A stretch of DNA of 64,000 bases from Batkoa obscura (lineage: Eukaryota), in the NCBI GenBank assembly GCA_030770535.1, contig JASVEC010000015.1, positions 806,001 to 870,000 on the forward strand, in the 5' to 3' direction. Made by a program: the position numbers and the translations under genes. Each line of letters starts with the position of its first letter. Position 1 is the first letter of the stretch. Shown piece after piece: positions 50,952 through 63,367 of this stretch. Below the pieces are notes generated by a model. It was not told the DNA's origin. It saw only the letters and a program-made list of their open reading frames with translations, and ran no database searches.

Positions 50952-51741
50952 TTTGCAAAAGTAATAAAGATTTTTGACGTATTTACGTTTCTTTTTATAT
51001 TAGTTATTATAAAAACTATTTTTATATCTTCTCTATAAAATATTTTCAACTCGAACTTTGAATCCTTGAAGAATAGAATTGAATTAGCATGACCTTTATT
51101 ATATTGACTTTTTTGCTTTAATTCTCAATAAATCACTTTATTTCCCTTTTTATAAAGGGAAGTTATCTTAAATTATTAAGTGAAATTATTAATTTTTGAA
51201 ACGAAATCACTTTATATAGTAGATAACTTGATATTATTCATGTTGATCAATTTAAAAATTGGTTTATTTTATTAAATTAATATTTTTTAGTTCAATTTTA
51301 GTCTCGTAGTATTTATAATAATAATGATCTATTATTATGATATGTAAAAAAGAATTGAAAGCCCAATTGTAACAACTCTTATTAGTATGCTAAAAATCAG
51401 AGGTAATATAGAGGCACTTATTTTAAAATGCTGAAAAAATAATTCTTACTAATGAATAAAAATTCAATAATATTCTAATAATATTCACTATTCAAAATCA
51501 GGTGCTATACTTTTAATAATAGTATAAATAAAATATTTATTCTTAAGTGAAACTTCAAAAAATGTGGGGTAAATTTACCGAAATTAATACAATTCAAATA
51601 TTAAAGAATAAACAATATGAAAAATGAACTGTCAAGGTGTTTTTAGAACTTATAGCACCTTAACTTTAAATGTTATAAAGTATAAATGTGTAAAAATATA
51701 CCAAGAATTCTTTGTTTTTATTCAATTAGAAAAAACACACC

Positions 51742-53316
51742 ATGTTAAATTTACTTTTACTATTAGCTGTTGGCGTAGTAACCAGCAACTACCCAGGTTA
51801 TGAGAATGACAAACTTGATGGCTACAACTATTGTGAAGCTGGACTACCTAATCCAGACACTTATCAGCCAATGGTAAACTTTGATTAGCAACTTAAAAGT
51901 ATAAAATCTAATTTTAGTTAGTTTAAGAACGGTAAGTTACTTACATCGATATGGATGAATCGTCATGGTGATCGTACGCCTTACAATATGCTCCCAGAAG
52001 GGTATGAAAATGAGCCATGGAGCTGTGCTTTGGAACAATCCCATGTTGATAACTTAACATTCAAACCAAGCACCAAATACTATCAAAACAGCTGTGACCC
52101 TAATGTCTCTCCATTCAATTATTGTAGTTTGAACCCATACTCCAGTTTATTCTGGCCTGGAAATTGTTCCGCTGGTCAATTAACTCCAAAAGGAATGGCC
52201 TACCAAGTTAAATTAGGACAAAACTTAAAAAAGATTTATCATGAAAAGACAGGTTTAATTCAAGAAAATTGGTTAGGAAATCAAAAAGATATCTTAGTTC
52301 GTGCTAGTGACGTTTGGCGTACCCATCAATCCGCTATCTCTTTAATGTCAGGTATGTTTCCATTCAATTATAACACTCAATTTGATTCAGCTCAATTCCG
52401 AAATTTGGAATTACCTATCTTTACCTTACCAGCTGAGATTGAATATATGGTTCCTAACCCAAAGAATTGTCCAAATATTGCTATTTTGGAGAAAAAAATT
52501 ACACAGTCAAAAGCAATGAAAGAGTTATTGAATTTCACTTTACCTGATCGTAAACAGTTCTTAGATATGGTGTACGACTCAAACAGTACCAGAAAGTTTG
52601 AGTATAACAGAGCTTTTGATTTCTTTTATTTTACTGATATTTTCCAAGTTCGTAAATGTCATAACAAGAAAAACATCTGTTCAAAGAGAGATCCTACTAA
52701 CTGCGTTACCCCAGCTATGGTTGATAATACCATGATTGCCTCCAATGGACAATACCGTATCATGTATCGTGACAATGAGGCTCAATTCCCATTATTAGCT
52801 AAGTTAAGAATGGGTCCCTTTTTATTAGAAATGAAACGTAAGTTTTTGGCTCATATTGCCAATCTCGAGAAAAGTGATAAAATCATTGACTTCAACCATC
52901 CTGCTTATTCAATGATGGGTCAATTAAAGAAGATCTATTACTATTCTGGCCATGATACCTCAGTTACTCCATTACTAGGTGCCTTGAACTCTACTGAAAT
53001 GCGCTGGCCACCTTATTCTTCAAACATTCAATTTGAATTATGGAAAAAGGATAGCAAGAAGTGCAAGAGCAAAAATAGCATCTTGAATCAATATTTTATT
53101 CGCATGTTTTATAATGGCAAATCTTTAGTTACTTCTTGGTGCCCAGAGTCCGGCTGTTCCATCCATAAATTTTTAGGCTATTTAGATAATGACTTGGGAC
53201 TTATTGGTGGGTTTGAAGCTTACTTGCCAGAATCAGTTAGAAATAAGCCTTTCAATTTGGTTGAAGAATGCTTTAAAGATGTCATTACTACACCTAATCC
53301 TAATGGTACTTCTTAA
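51742..53316 (+). CDS. secreted histidine acid phosphatase (branch 2), 1 intron, paralog of the adjacent gene
   Basis: ATG 51742, signal peptide MLNLLLLLAVGVVTS; intron 51874-51921 at the same position and phase as in the paralog; RHGDRTP and SGHDT motifs. Confidence 0.92.
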
Positions 53317-53752
53317 TAAAAATTCATACTTAAATTAAAAACTTGATGGGAAAACATATATTTGGTGTTTTAATATTTTAACATATAACTATCTAATTCT
53401 AACCCAATTAAATTAATAATCAAAGTGGAATTGACTGCTTTTAATTGGATTCAAACAAGGATAATAAATACAGTTACTAAAACTTAAGATGACATTTTAA
53501 AATTTCTCAGCATTAATCAGCAAATATTTTGCACTAAATCGACACTGAGAATTTATATAAGATTTTTTGTTAAATTCAAACAAAAATTTAGTTTATGAAA
53601 TTTGTCATTGGCTTGCTCAAACTTTGAATAACCTTAAATTGTTATCTAGTAAATTGATGATGCTATTTCTACCCAATATGTATTTCAATAAGAGAATATC
53701 AGTTATTTACTTTCCTTTTACCATGTTCTTATTTTTTAATTATAAAAGATAT

Positions 53753-53941
53753 GGGACGTTTTTAGTTTCATTACTTTTCCATCTTTTAAGCACTGTTTGA
53801 GTGGAAAAATTGTTAGTAAAATTCTTAAATACAAAAATATATGGGGATGTATTTTTGTATTTAAGAATTTTACTAACAATTTTTCCACTCAAACAGTGCT
53901 TAAAAGATGGAAAAAATAATGAAGTCAAAAAAAACATCCCC
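53753..53941. mobile_element. head-to-head MITE pair (53753-~53838 truncated, plus 53843-53941)
   Basis: Two near-identical copies in inverted orientation separated by ATAT. Confidence 0.88.
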
Positions 53942-54041
53942 AAATATTATTTAATTATTTATTAAATCTAATACTGCCTAGACTTTAACTTTTATTATGT
54001 TTTATAGTAGTACTATAAATAAAAAGTAGACTTATCAAAGT

Positions 54042-54512
54042 TGTGAAATATTGCTTTGACAGCTCTATGATTGATTATAACATAACAATAACTTAAGCTG
54101 TTGTGTTCTCAAGTTCAGTGACAATCAATTCAGAGTCCCTTATTTTTATTTTTTCCGAGAATTTCCAACTTCACATCACTAAGAATACTACTCTCTCGTT
54201 TTCATCCTCTCGTTTTGATATCCATACTTGTTGGAGTATGAAAGAGATTCAACATAATAACTCGAGGCTTTTTAATTAATTATTCGTTGATATTGTACCT
54301 TTAAAGCCAATAAATCTCTCTGATAATATTTTACATAGATTTTGCAATAGTGTCATCTATTCTATTTGTCCTACATAGCCCATAGCCTGTTATATGCTAT
54401 TGTTCATAATTCAAGTCTATCTTAGTTACATAAACTAAGACCTTTCGACTTACGACTAATTAATCAACCAAAAACTGCTTTTGACTCTAACCACTAAGTG
54501 CCAGATTTTATA
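54042..54512 (+). mobile_element. diverged solo-LTR-like element, subfamily II
   Basis: TGTGAAATAT...CCAGATTTTATA; 4-bp TSD AAGT/AAGT. Confidence 0.85.
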
Positions 54513-54877
54513 AAGTCCTAATATATATAAAAAATAAGCTTAGAGAATTTTACCTATTTTATCTATTTTATCTATTTTATCTATTTAAAGCTGATATTTT
54601 TTATAAGCTAGCAGCTAATGATAAAATTATTGTTTCAAAATTGCTTGTTTTATTTATGTTACTATTTACTAAATAGTTTTATTAATACAGATGCTTATAA
54701 ATAAATGAAAATGTTAATTATTATGAATTAATTTTTTTTTTACCATTTATAAAACATTTAAAATTGTTATACATAAGTTTACTTAATTTCCTGGTTTTTA
54801 TGATGTTATTAGTTAATTTGAACCTGCTTTTTTAGTTAATTTAATCATAAAAATAGAAACTCTCATTATTTAAATAT

Positions 54878-54967
54878 GGGGATGTATTTTTGTGTTTAAG
54901 AATTTTACTAACAATTTTTCTGCCCAAATAGCCCTTAAAAGATAGAAAATAATGAAGCCAAAAAAAA
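54878..54967. mobile_element. MITE, right end truncated
   Basis: ATAT-GGGGATGT plus family core. Confidence 0.8.
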
Positions 54968-56164
54968 GTAAAAGTTAAATTTAATAATATTGATTATAAT
55001 ACTAACTTAACTAAACCTTTTTTATCAAAACCCTTGATTTTTCATTTTTATTAAGTTTAGATTAATCTTTATTCAAAAGTGTTTTTTTGGTTATATAGTA
55101 AATTTTATATAAATTTTATAAATTATATTTTTATTTATTCATGACAAAAAATCTTTATAATTTATATTGTAATATAAATAAAGTCTATATAGAATAATTA
55201 TAAAAAGTAACAAAATTAGCTTTAAAAACACTAATTTTTTTAATTCTTGCTTGTTATGAGCAGTGCTTTATCAAAATAAAAGAACTAAAGGAAAAGAAGA
55301 AGCTACAAAACAAATCATCAAGGCAAGGGATGAAGAAAAAAGGAACATAGGAATTTAAAAAATAATAGGAAGGTCATGGAGGAAAAATGACGTGTTGTTC
55401 CACAACTTCACTCTAGGGCCAAACAAAATACTGGAAAATAATTTCTCACTTTATAAGAGATTAAAAATCTCTCAAAGGTTAACAATACTTATAAATGAGA
55501 GTCTGTTATTTTTTTGCTACAACTATAGAGAATAAAGAGCTCGAGGATTTATAGTTGAGCTTATTAAAATGTTTATAGATAATTCATGGTATTGGATTAG
55601 TAATAAAAGGTAAGGTTTTGGATGAGACTAGAGGAAATAATTATTTAACAAGAAAAATGAAAGTGAAAAACCTTACCTTTAATTGTTAAAATAGTTAATA
55701 TACTGATACAAAAGATACTCTTATATTTAGTTAACCTCTTCTATTACAAATTAATTTCATATTTTACTTCATAAAGCCAATCAATTAGTTGATTAGTCTA
55801 TTTTTTTCGTCTTTATTGGTTGAAATTTTCGTAATATCATCGAATCAATTTCATTTTTTTAGTATACACAGCTAGAGATATAGTAACTATCTAAATTGTT
55901 TGGTCTAATTTATAAAAAATTACATAATAACTAAAATTAGCCAATAATTTAATTAATATATGATGATAGCCTTTACCCATCCAAATAAGTGAACAGGTTA
56001 ATACATAAAGCAAAAAGTAAACAAAATTAATTATAGTTTATTAAATATATCCATATTTTTATTGATAGATATGAAAAATAAAATAATGAGAGTGTTAATA
56101 TTATATAAATAAAACTTATATTTTAAAGTACTTGTATGGGCATTTCAGCTTGAAGCCCATCAAT

Positions 56165-57175
56165 TTATCCTCTCCTAAAGATATCATCAAATAAAAACCC
56201 AATTCCTTCTGCTATCTTTCGGTTAGCTCGAATAATAACAAAAGGTGTAATAAAGCAGCTTATGGAATATAATAATGTGTAAATGCATTGGATCCAAACT
56301 GGTGCTTCATTCTGAGTTATGTTTTCATATAACACAAAGCAGATAAAAGGTACGTGAGTGCAAGTATATACAATAGTAGCTGGTAGAAATTTCCTTAAAA
56401 TAGCTTTTTCAGAGGCACTTGCTACTCTTTGTGGGCGCGACTTATTGATCCAATGTACTTTTGATTTGCTTGACTCCACATCTGATAGTTGTATTGGCTC
56501 TGTTTGCTCAACTGTGCGTTTGTTTGAAGTGTTAGGAGTTATAGAATCTGAAGTTGATTTTAGTAAATCACTAAACTTAAGAAGGATCATAAATGCGAAA
56601 AAAGCGTGTGTTATACCTCCAAGTACCATGATGCAAAGGAATATTATGGTTATTGTCAGAGATAGTGGGTCATGAGAAGTATAGGGGACAGTCACTATCA
56701 AAGCACTTGAATGTGGGGAAAATACATTTAAAATACCAACTGATATTAGTAATACTATACATGTAGCCCAATAAACAATTAATGTGACAAACCAGTATAT
56801 AGGTTTTATTTTCCTTTCTAAAGCGACTAACCAGAAGTAGTAGGAATATCTCATGCCAACTGAAAAAGGGAAGGTCAGTAACGCCAAATTAAATAAAAAG
56901 CCAAGTAATTGGTATAACCATATTGGAAGTTGACCATGATCATTTACAAGCCATGATATTGATAAAGTAATGGTTGATATTGAATACATCAAAACAGGCA
57001 GTATCATATGAGCAATTAGTGTATTTCCAACTCGATCCCTTGAAAACATACGATCCCTTAACAAAACAACACTAATCAACATCATTGGAAAAAGGCTCAA
57101 TGTGCAAAAGACAATATTTATTATATGGAATACATGAAGCAGTATATGTTCGGTATCATATTCTCCCATGGGCAT
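56165..57175 (-). CDS. rhodopsin-like (class A-like) 7TM receptor
   Basis: Seven hydrophobic segments, long third intracellular loop; GMRY (DRY-like), TM6 THVPF, TM7 ITPFVI followed by NRKI; intronless. Confidence 0.72.
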   Translation of the reverse strand: MPMGEYDTEHILLHVFHIINIVFCTLSLFPMMLISVVLLRDRMFSRDRVGNTLIAHMILPVLMYSISTITLSISWLVNDHGQLPIWLYQLLGFLFNLALLTFPFSVGMRYSYYFWLVALERKIKPIYWFVTLIVYWATCIVLLISVGILNVFSPHSSALIVTVPYTSHDPLSLTITIIFLCIMVLGGITHAFFAFMILLKFSDLLKSTSDSITPNTSNKRTVEQTEPIQLSDVESSKSKVHWINKSRPQRVASASEKAILRKFLPATIVYTCTHVPFICFVLYENITQNEAPVWIQCIYTLLYSISCFITPFVIIRANRKIAEGIGFLFDDIFRRG

Positions 57176-59630
57176 CTTGGATTCAAAAAGAGTAAAAGTT
57201 TAAGTTAAACTTAATTTTTCATTACTTAAATTCCCGTAAGCCACATTTACTATTTATATATTATTTTCAAACTCATCCCTAGCTATTATTTTATTTTTGA
57301 AACCTCTCTTATTCTAAATCATAAAGTAACTTGTATTAAATCTATACTTAAATTGATTGGCCATACAGTAAAACTTTATTCTTAAGCTAATAAAAATGAG
57401 TAATGGTTCAAAGTTGATAATAAACAGTTCGTTCTTTGTAACCTGTTTAATGAGCTAAATATACTATCATAAATAGTATTTATAGTAGCTTTAACTATTT
57501 TATATTTATAATCCAATAGAGCCTAGAATTATATAATATTATAGTTATCTTTGAATATCAAAGTTGCTTTATAAAATTAGCTACTTTATGGGTGAACTTA
57601 ATTCATAAAATTCTTAACTAAGGCTTTGAATTGAAAAGATGTAATGCCGGATACACACTGTTATTAAGCATATCAAATTTGGCTTAGATTGGAAAGGATA
57701 TTTTTATTTACCAAATTTAGCCAAGGTTTTAGTTTTCAAGTAAAATCTAGTTCATTAGCTATATAGTTATTTAAATTCAAACGTCTGCTATATAATGTAG
57801 ATCTTTATAACCAATAAAGTATTATTATATTAATTTAACACGCAATGCTTAATTTTTTTATTTTAAATGACCAGTTAACAAGTACTAATTTGAACTTAAT
57901 CGATTGCAAAATTATCTAAGCGGATTCCACTATTATTTTTATTATTATTACAATTCTATTAACATCACCATCAATTATTGTGTTAAAATAGGTTATTTTA
58001 ATATAATCTAAGCTTTAATAAGGACCTGATCCACTTATTTAATGTGTTTTAAGATCATAGTAAAGCGGTGAGGGAAAAAAGCTACCGACCTTTTAGTTTC
58101 TGGTACCTTAACGCTTTAATCAAGGTATATTTAATAAAGTATATGTATTATGCTACTTATATTTAAATCAAAAAGAATAAATTGGGATTTTGAGACATTT
58201 ATTAATTAAAACTAACGGAAATTTTAATTTATTAGTTTTAACCAAAGTAATAATACAAAAATAAAAATAATACAATATGCAATAATTTCATTCAAAATTT
58301 AACTATATTAATATAAAATATATATGGATGATACCAGACATAAATTAAAATTTACTTATAGATATTACATAATTTCTACTTTAAATGAGTAGTTAAGATA
58401 TAAAATTATTTTGATGTGTATTTCATTTTTCTTAAAGTAGAAATCTCACCATCGCACCCCTCTGTTCTCGGTATTTTATCGAGCCATCGAAATAAAGAGT
58501 TCCTTCATAGTTTATAGCCGTATTAGACACCAAATCCTCTCAATTTTTTTAGTTAAGATCGAGTGCGGCAAACTAAAATTTATCCATTTTGTTTCAATGT
58601 TTCAATAATAAGCTGCTTAAATATAGAAAATAATAAGTTTAGTATCCTAATCGAATGTTAAATTCATTTGAACATTATATAATATATAGTAAGATTACAT
58701 TACTTTTCTCAGGATGTGTTGTAAAATCTCTGATAATTAATTATATAGCTTCTCCGGTGTTTAAAGCTATATTATAGTTCAATATAACAGCCATTGATTG
58801 AAGCTTAATTAGACTATTTTTAACAACCTACTATGATATCTAAATGCCTTAAATTACCGAGATTAAATTACCCGTTGAATTCAAAGATATTTGCTTCCAA
58901 GATTAGATAACCATAAGCAAATGTAATTCAAAATAACTCAGTTAATGACTCTTGAATTTATTGTATAACTTCGGCATTTCAAAGGTTTTACAAAGTTAAA
59001 ACTAATTTTTTAGTATGAGTTGATAGTTATGCTTGGGATAGATTTATATAAATCCATTCCAAGCATAAAACTACTGGTTTGTATGATTTATTACTATTTT
59101 AGCTTTTAACCTTTATTGTACTTACTAATGTTGAATTACGGGGTTATCTTTTTTTGTAATAATAAAGTTTTAATGCAACTTAATACTAGTTTAATCTATT
59201 ATTATTTAATTATTATAATTGGTACTGGCATATATAACGTATCAACCTTAAAATTTTATAATTAGCTGCTAAGATTTATTTTTATCTCATATTAGGTTAT
59301 TTAAGTTCTTGACTATTTCTCATAATAAATAACAGATAGTATTGAAATTTTAATATTCAATCATGCTTTAGCTAGATATAGTTTTGATTATTTTATCTTT
59401 AAAACTAAATATAGATTGTTGGGTACTCCTGCTTAAATAATATACTATAATTAAACTTGGAAATCTATTATAAATGCTAGCTTAAAAAAAGTTATAAATG
59501 TTTATAATATATAATGGCTATCAAAATTGTTTTAAAAATTGAAAGACTAAACTTTGGATGTTCATTTCAACAAATGGAAATTAAAAAACAGTTATTTTTT
59601 TTCAAATATATTTAGTATACATATTAATAT

Positions 59631-59727
59631 GGTGATGTTTTTTTCGCTTCATCATTTTTCCATCTTTTAAGTGTTGTTTAAGTGGGAAAATTGTTAATAA
59701 AGTTGTTAAACACAAAAATACGTCCAC
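59631..59727. mobile_element. ~97-bp MITE
   Basis: GGTGATGT...ACGTCCAC; ATAT/ATAT. Confidence 0.85.
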
Positions 59728-59895
59728 ATATAGTATTACTGAATATAACAAAAAAACTAGTACTTTTTAATTATTGTTTATTAAGAAATAAACGTTCAAA
59801 GGGGTACTTTAGCTATTGGGCTAATTTTTATAAGTATTATATAATTTACAAAGAAAACCATTTTTTTAAACCACTTCAATCAACTTTTATCATAT

Positions 59896-59993
59896 GGGGG
59901 TGTGTTTTTTTGTTTGAGAATTTTACTAATAATCTTTCTGCTCAAATAACCCTTAAAAAATGGATAAAGCGATGAAGTAAAAAAAACATCCCC
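59896..59993. mobile_element. ~97-bp MITE
   Basis: GGGGGTGT...ACATCCCC; ATAT/ATAT. Confidence 0.88.
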
Positions 59994-60164
59994 ATATTAA
60001 AATTATTATTGTATTAAAACTAATTCTTTTAGCAGCTATTGTTAAAACATATAATTCATCCCTTTAAAAACATAAGTATTCAAAATTTAATATAAAAAAA
60101 TTAAGAATATTTTTTATTATAAAAAAAACAATAATAATTAAACACTTCCCTTCTCCCTACATAC

Positions 60165-62307
60165 CTACTCTTCTGTAATCCTTTTCGCTAACTCTAAAAA
60201 GCTCTGTCTATCAACACCTATGATTTTCCCAAAATTAAAGGCTGCTCTTAATAATTCTTTAAGATGGCTACTTAAGCCTGTAGTGGGTCTTAAATTTTCA
60301 ATAGAACTAACAGGTGATAATATATTATTGGCTAAATTCGGTGTAGTTTCTGTGGATGGAGTTGGCTCGATTTCTGTTTCTTTTAATTCTTGACTAATTA
60401 CTATATTACATAATTCTACTTTTTTATCAATTGCTTCTGAAGTTGAAACTTTTTGATTTTCATTTATAAAATCTACCTCATCTTCATTATCTAAATCAAT
60501 TGAAAACATTGATGTAGTATCATAAAAGCCTTCGGATTCTTCATCTTCAGATGATAATCTCTTATCTTTAGATTCTTTATCTTCACCTTCATTTTCATTT
60601 GAACTATTATCCTCATTTTCGATTGGTTCTTCTGTAAAGTCAGAATTTTCTTCTGGTATAGATTGATCATCATTATAACTATTATGGTTAGATACGTCAT
60701 GGTCACTTATATCATTTTTATCTACATTTTCATTATCACTAAAATTAGAACTATTCTCATCTTCATTAGGATTATAATGGGCCTCACTTCCGTCATCCTC
60801 GTTATTACGATTGTCCTCACTATTATCCTTGTCATTATTAATAGATTGTTCATTATCATTAACTTCATAATAATAAAATTCATCACTTTTATCTCCTTTA
60901 TCATTATTACTATTATTATGAAACATAGACTGAGTTTTGTTTTTAACATAACTAATATTACTATCCTCAGTAACAATAAAGTTGCTATAATCATAGATAA
61001 TATTACCATCTCCAATATAAGAGTTAATATCACGAACACGTAACATAGTTGCATAATGCTCTTCATAATTTTTGATTGCTGTACCATTTGAATGATCATA
61101 TTGAATAGGTTTAAGATCATTTGATAATGTATCAGTTCTAATTCGATGTGGTAACTTCATAAATTTAATTGGGCTTTGAGATGATGCAAATGGATTTGGA
61201 CTATTTTGATGTGATGGATTAGATGTTGCCCCTTCTGTTGAGTTATACGAGCTTTGTCTTCTTTCCATATCACCTTGTATGTTATTACCTTCTATAGCAT
61301 TATCCTTATTATTCTTATTGTTTAAAGGTAATGTATTGTCACTTAGATTGTTCTTAATTTTCATCCCCTTTTTAATACTAATAATATTAGTAAATGTAGA
61401 ATTAGATAATTCACTATCCTCATCTAATATTATATTATTATTACTTGATACTCTGACTTCCAATTCACTATCAATATTATCCACTTCAGACAATTCAAAA
61501 TTCGATGTTACGTCTTTTAAATATTCTTCTAATGAAGAATTCGTACCACAATCAGATGCTTCATATACTCGATATTTCATCGGCCCTGGTAAAGGTAATT
61601 CAATGTTAAACTCATCTATTGAACCTTCATCATCCGTAATTTCACTATCTTCACCCCAAAATAAATTCACTGAAAATGGGTCATTTTCATCATCACTATC
61701 AGCTAATTTATAACCCTTTATATTAATATTAACTCAAATAATACAATGAAAATTTTAATAAATAATAAAATAAACTTACTTTTCCTTTATTTTTTAAATT
61801 ATAAAGTACTACTGCTTGAGTTATTGTTGCTCTAAAACCAAATTGAACTAAATATATCTCTTCTTCAATAGTATTATTAGGTAATTGAACTGTAAATAAA
61901 TTATTAAATTTACACATATTATCTTCCCAAATTAATTGAATCACTGGTTTCACGACACTACCAACTTCTTCCATTAAAAAGAGGGGTTGATTAATAATAA
62001 AATAACAATACCGATTAGATGTATTAGGAAAAAAATACCAAATAATATTTTGTTTATAATCATCGTACATTCGACTAGAATTCCATGATTCGTCAATATA
62101 ACTTAAAAGTTCAATTTTATCAATAGGATAGTCAAACGGATGGGCATTAGTATTGTGAATAAAATGGGTTCTATCTAAAGTTTCATCCAAACCCACTTGT
62201 TCATCTATCAATGCTTGAATGTGTTTAGAAGATAATTGATAAATACTTTCTGGTTCATTATTATAAAAATGAGATATTAGACTATAAAATATCGCTTCTA
62301 TTCGCAT
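60165..62307 (-). CDS. hypothetical protein: globular N-terminus plus long Asp/Glu/Asn-rich disordered region, probably one spliced gene
   Basis: ORFs 61729-62307 and 60165-61670 join in frame through a GTAAGT...AAG intron at 61716-61779; no family motif recognised. Confidence 0.62.
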
Positions 62308-63269
62308 TTTTAAAGTTTAAAAATTTGATATAGAAACTTAATAAAAAGTAAGGTTTAAATTATAGCTTCAGGCTTTTTTAAGTCTACTGCGGTAAAGGAA
62401 GTTACTATTCAAGTTGGAAATTATGTGCACATTATAAAAATCAGTGGTTGTAATTTAGCGTTAAGTTGTAAATACAAGCTATAGGATTTAGTCAATTTAT
62501 AGACCTTCGTTACTTTATTTGTCAAAACGCTAGCAAAAAGGTTTCATTATTGTTTTGCTAAATAGAGCAACAATTTAATAAATCAGTTTAGTTGTAAGAT
62601 AATGCTCAATTAGGACTTTATTCGAAATTAGCAATTTCCTCAGTTAAAGACTGAGAATTGGTTTGCAAATAGTTGTTTTTTTAGAATGGAACTGAAACTT
62701 GAAAAATTCATCAAATTCGAAAGATGTTGATAAGAATCTAAAAAAGTTTAATTTCCTTAATCTTTTTATAAGCAATTAATTTTAATTTGTTTTATCATAT
62801 TATTAACTTATTATATAATACCCTTGGCTTAATATCTTGGAATATATAGTTACAGATGCTGATATGTACGGATAATAGTTTTAAAATAGCAATTTAGTGA
62901 GTTAAAATTTAAGTTACTATTTTAAATTATAATAATTTATTTCAATGTTACTTTATTATATATTAATTACTTATATTGCTTACTGTTATTTTTATACTAT
63001 TAAGACAAGATTAATAATATTAAACTTTGATTAAATAAAAACTGATTCAGAAACTAATTAGAATCAATACTTTAACCTTTTTAGTATAATATCTTTTAAA
63101 ATAAAAATTAAGTTTGTTTTTAAAAAACAAACTTTATAGTAAAAAAGCTATAATTAAAAAAACCTACAACTAAAATTTAATAATTTGCTTAAAAGTATAT
63201 TTCCAAAAGAATTACTTAAATTCAAACAACCATGCTATTAAAATTAAATATGTTTAAATTTATATATAT

Positions 63270-63367
63270 CGTGATGTTTTTTTTGGCTTCATCACTTTTT
63301 CTGTCTTTTAAGCACTATTTGAGTGGAAAAATTGTTAGTAAAATTTTAAATATAAAAATACATCCCC
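63270..63367. mobile_element. ~97-bp MITE
   Basis: CGTGATGT...ACATCCCC; ATAT/ATAT. Confidence 0.85.

Noticed and set aside
4642..57175. Transporters, catalase, TF and phosphatases as a biosynthetic or defence gene cluster
   Set aside because: No backbone biosynthetic enzyme; genes are widely spaced by TE-rich DNA and functionally unrelated; no evidence of co-regulation.
15101..59975. Short ORFs 15101, 21501, 26338, 33315, 48464, 53740 and 59682 sharing LSGKIISKILK or KLLVKFLN peptides
   Set aside because: They are translations through MITE copies, not a protein family; 48464 also includes a transposase scrap.
19722..61713. Antisense or alternative-frame ORFs inside the catalase, helicase, homeodomain, transposase, phosphatase, GPCR and acidic-protein genes
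   Set aside because: Shadow frames of real CDSs or low-complexity mirrors, with no motifs.
1919..63367. MITE or LTR repeats as a CRISPR array or tRNA-derived SINE
   Set aside because: Copies are dispersed in both orientations with TIRs and TSDs. There is no regular repeat-spacer period, no cas genes, and no A/B boxes or poly(A) tail.
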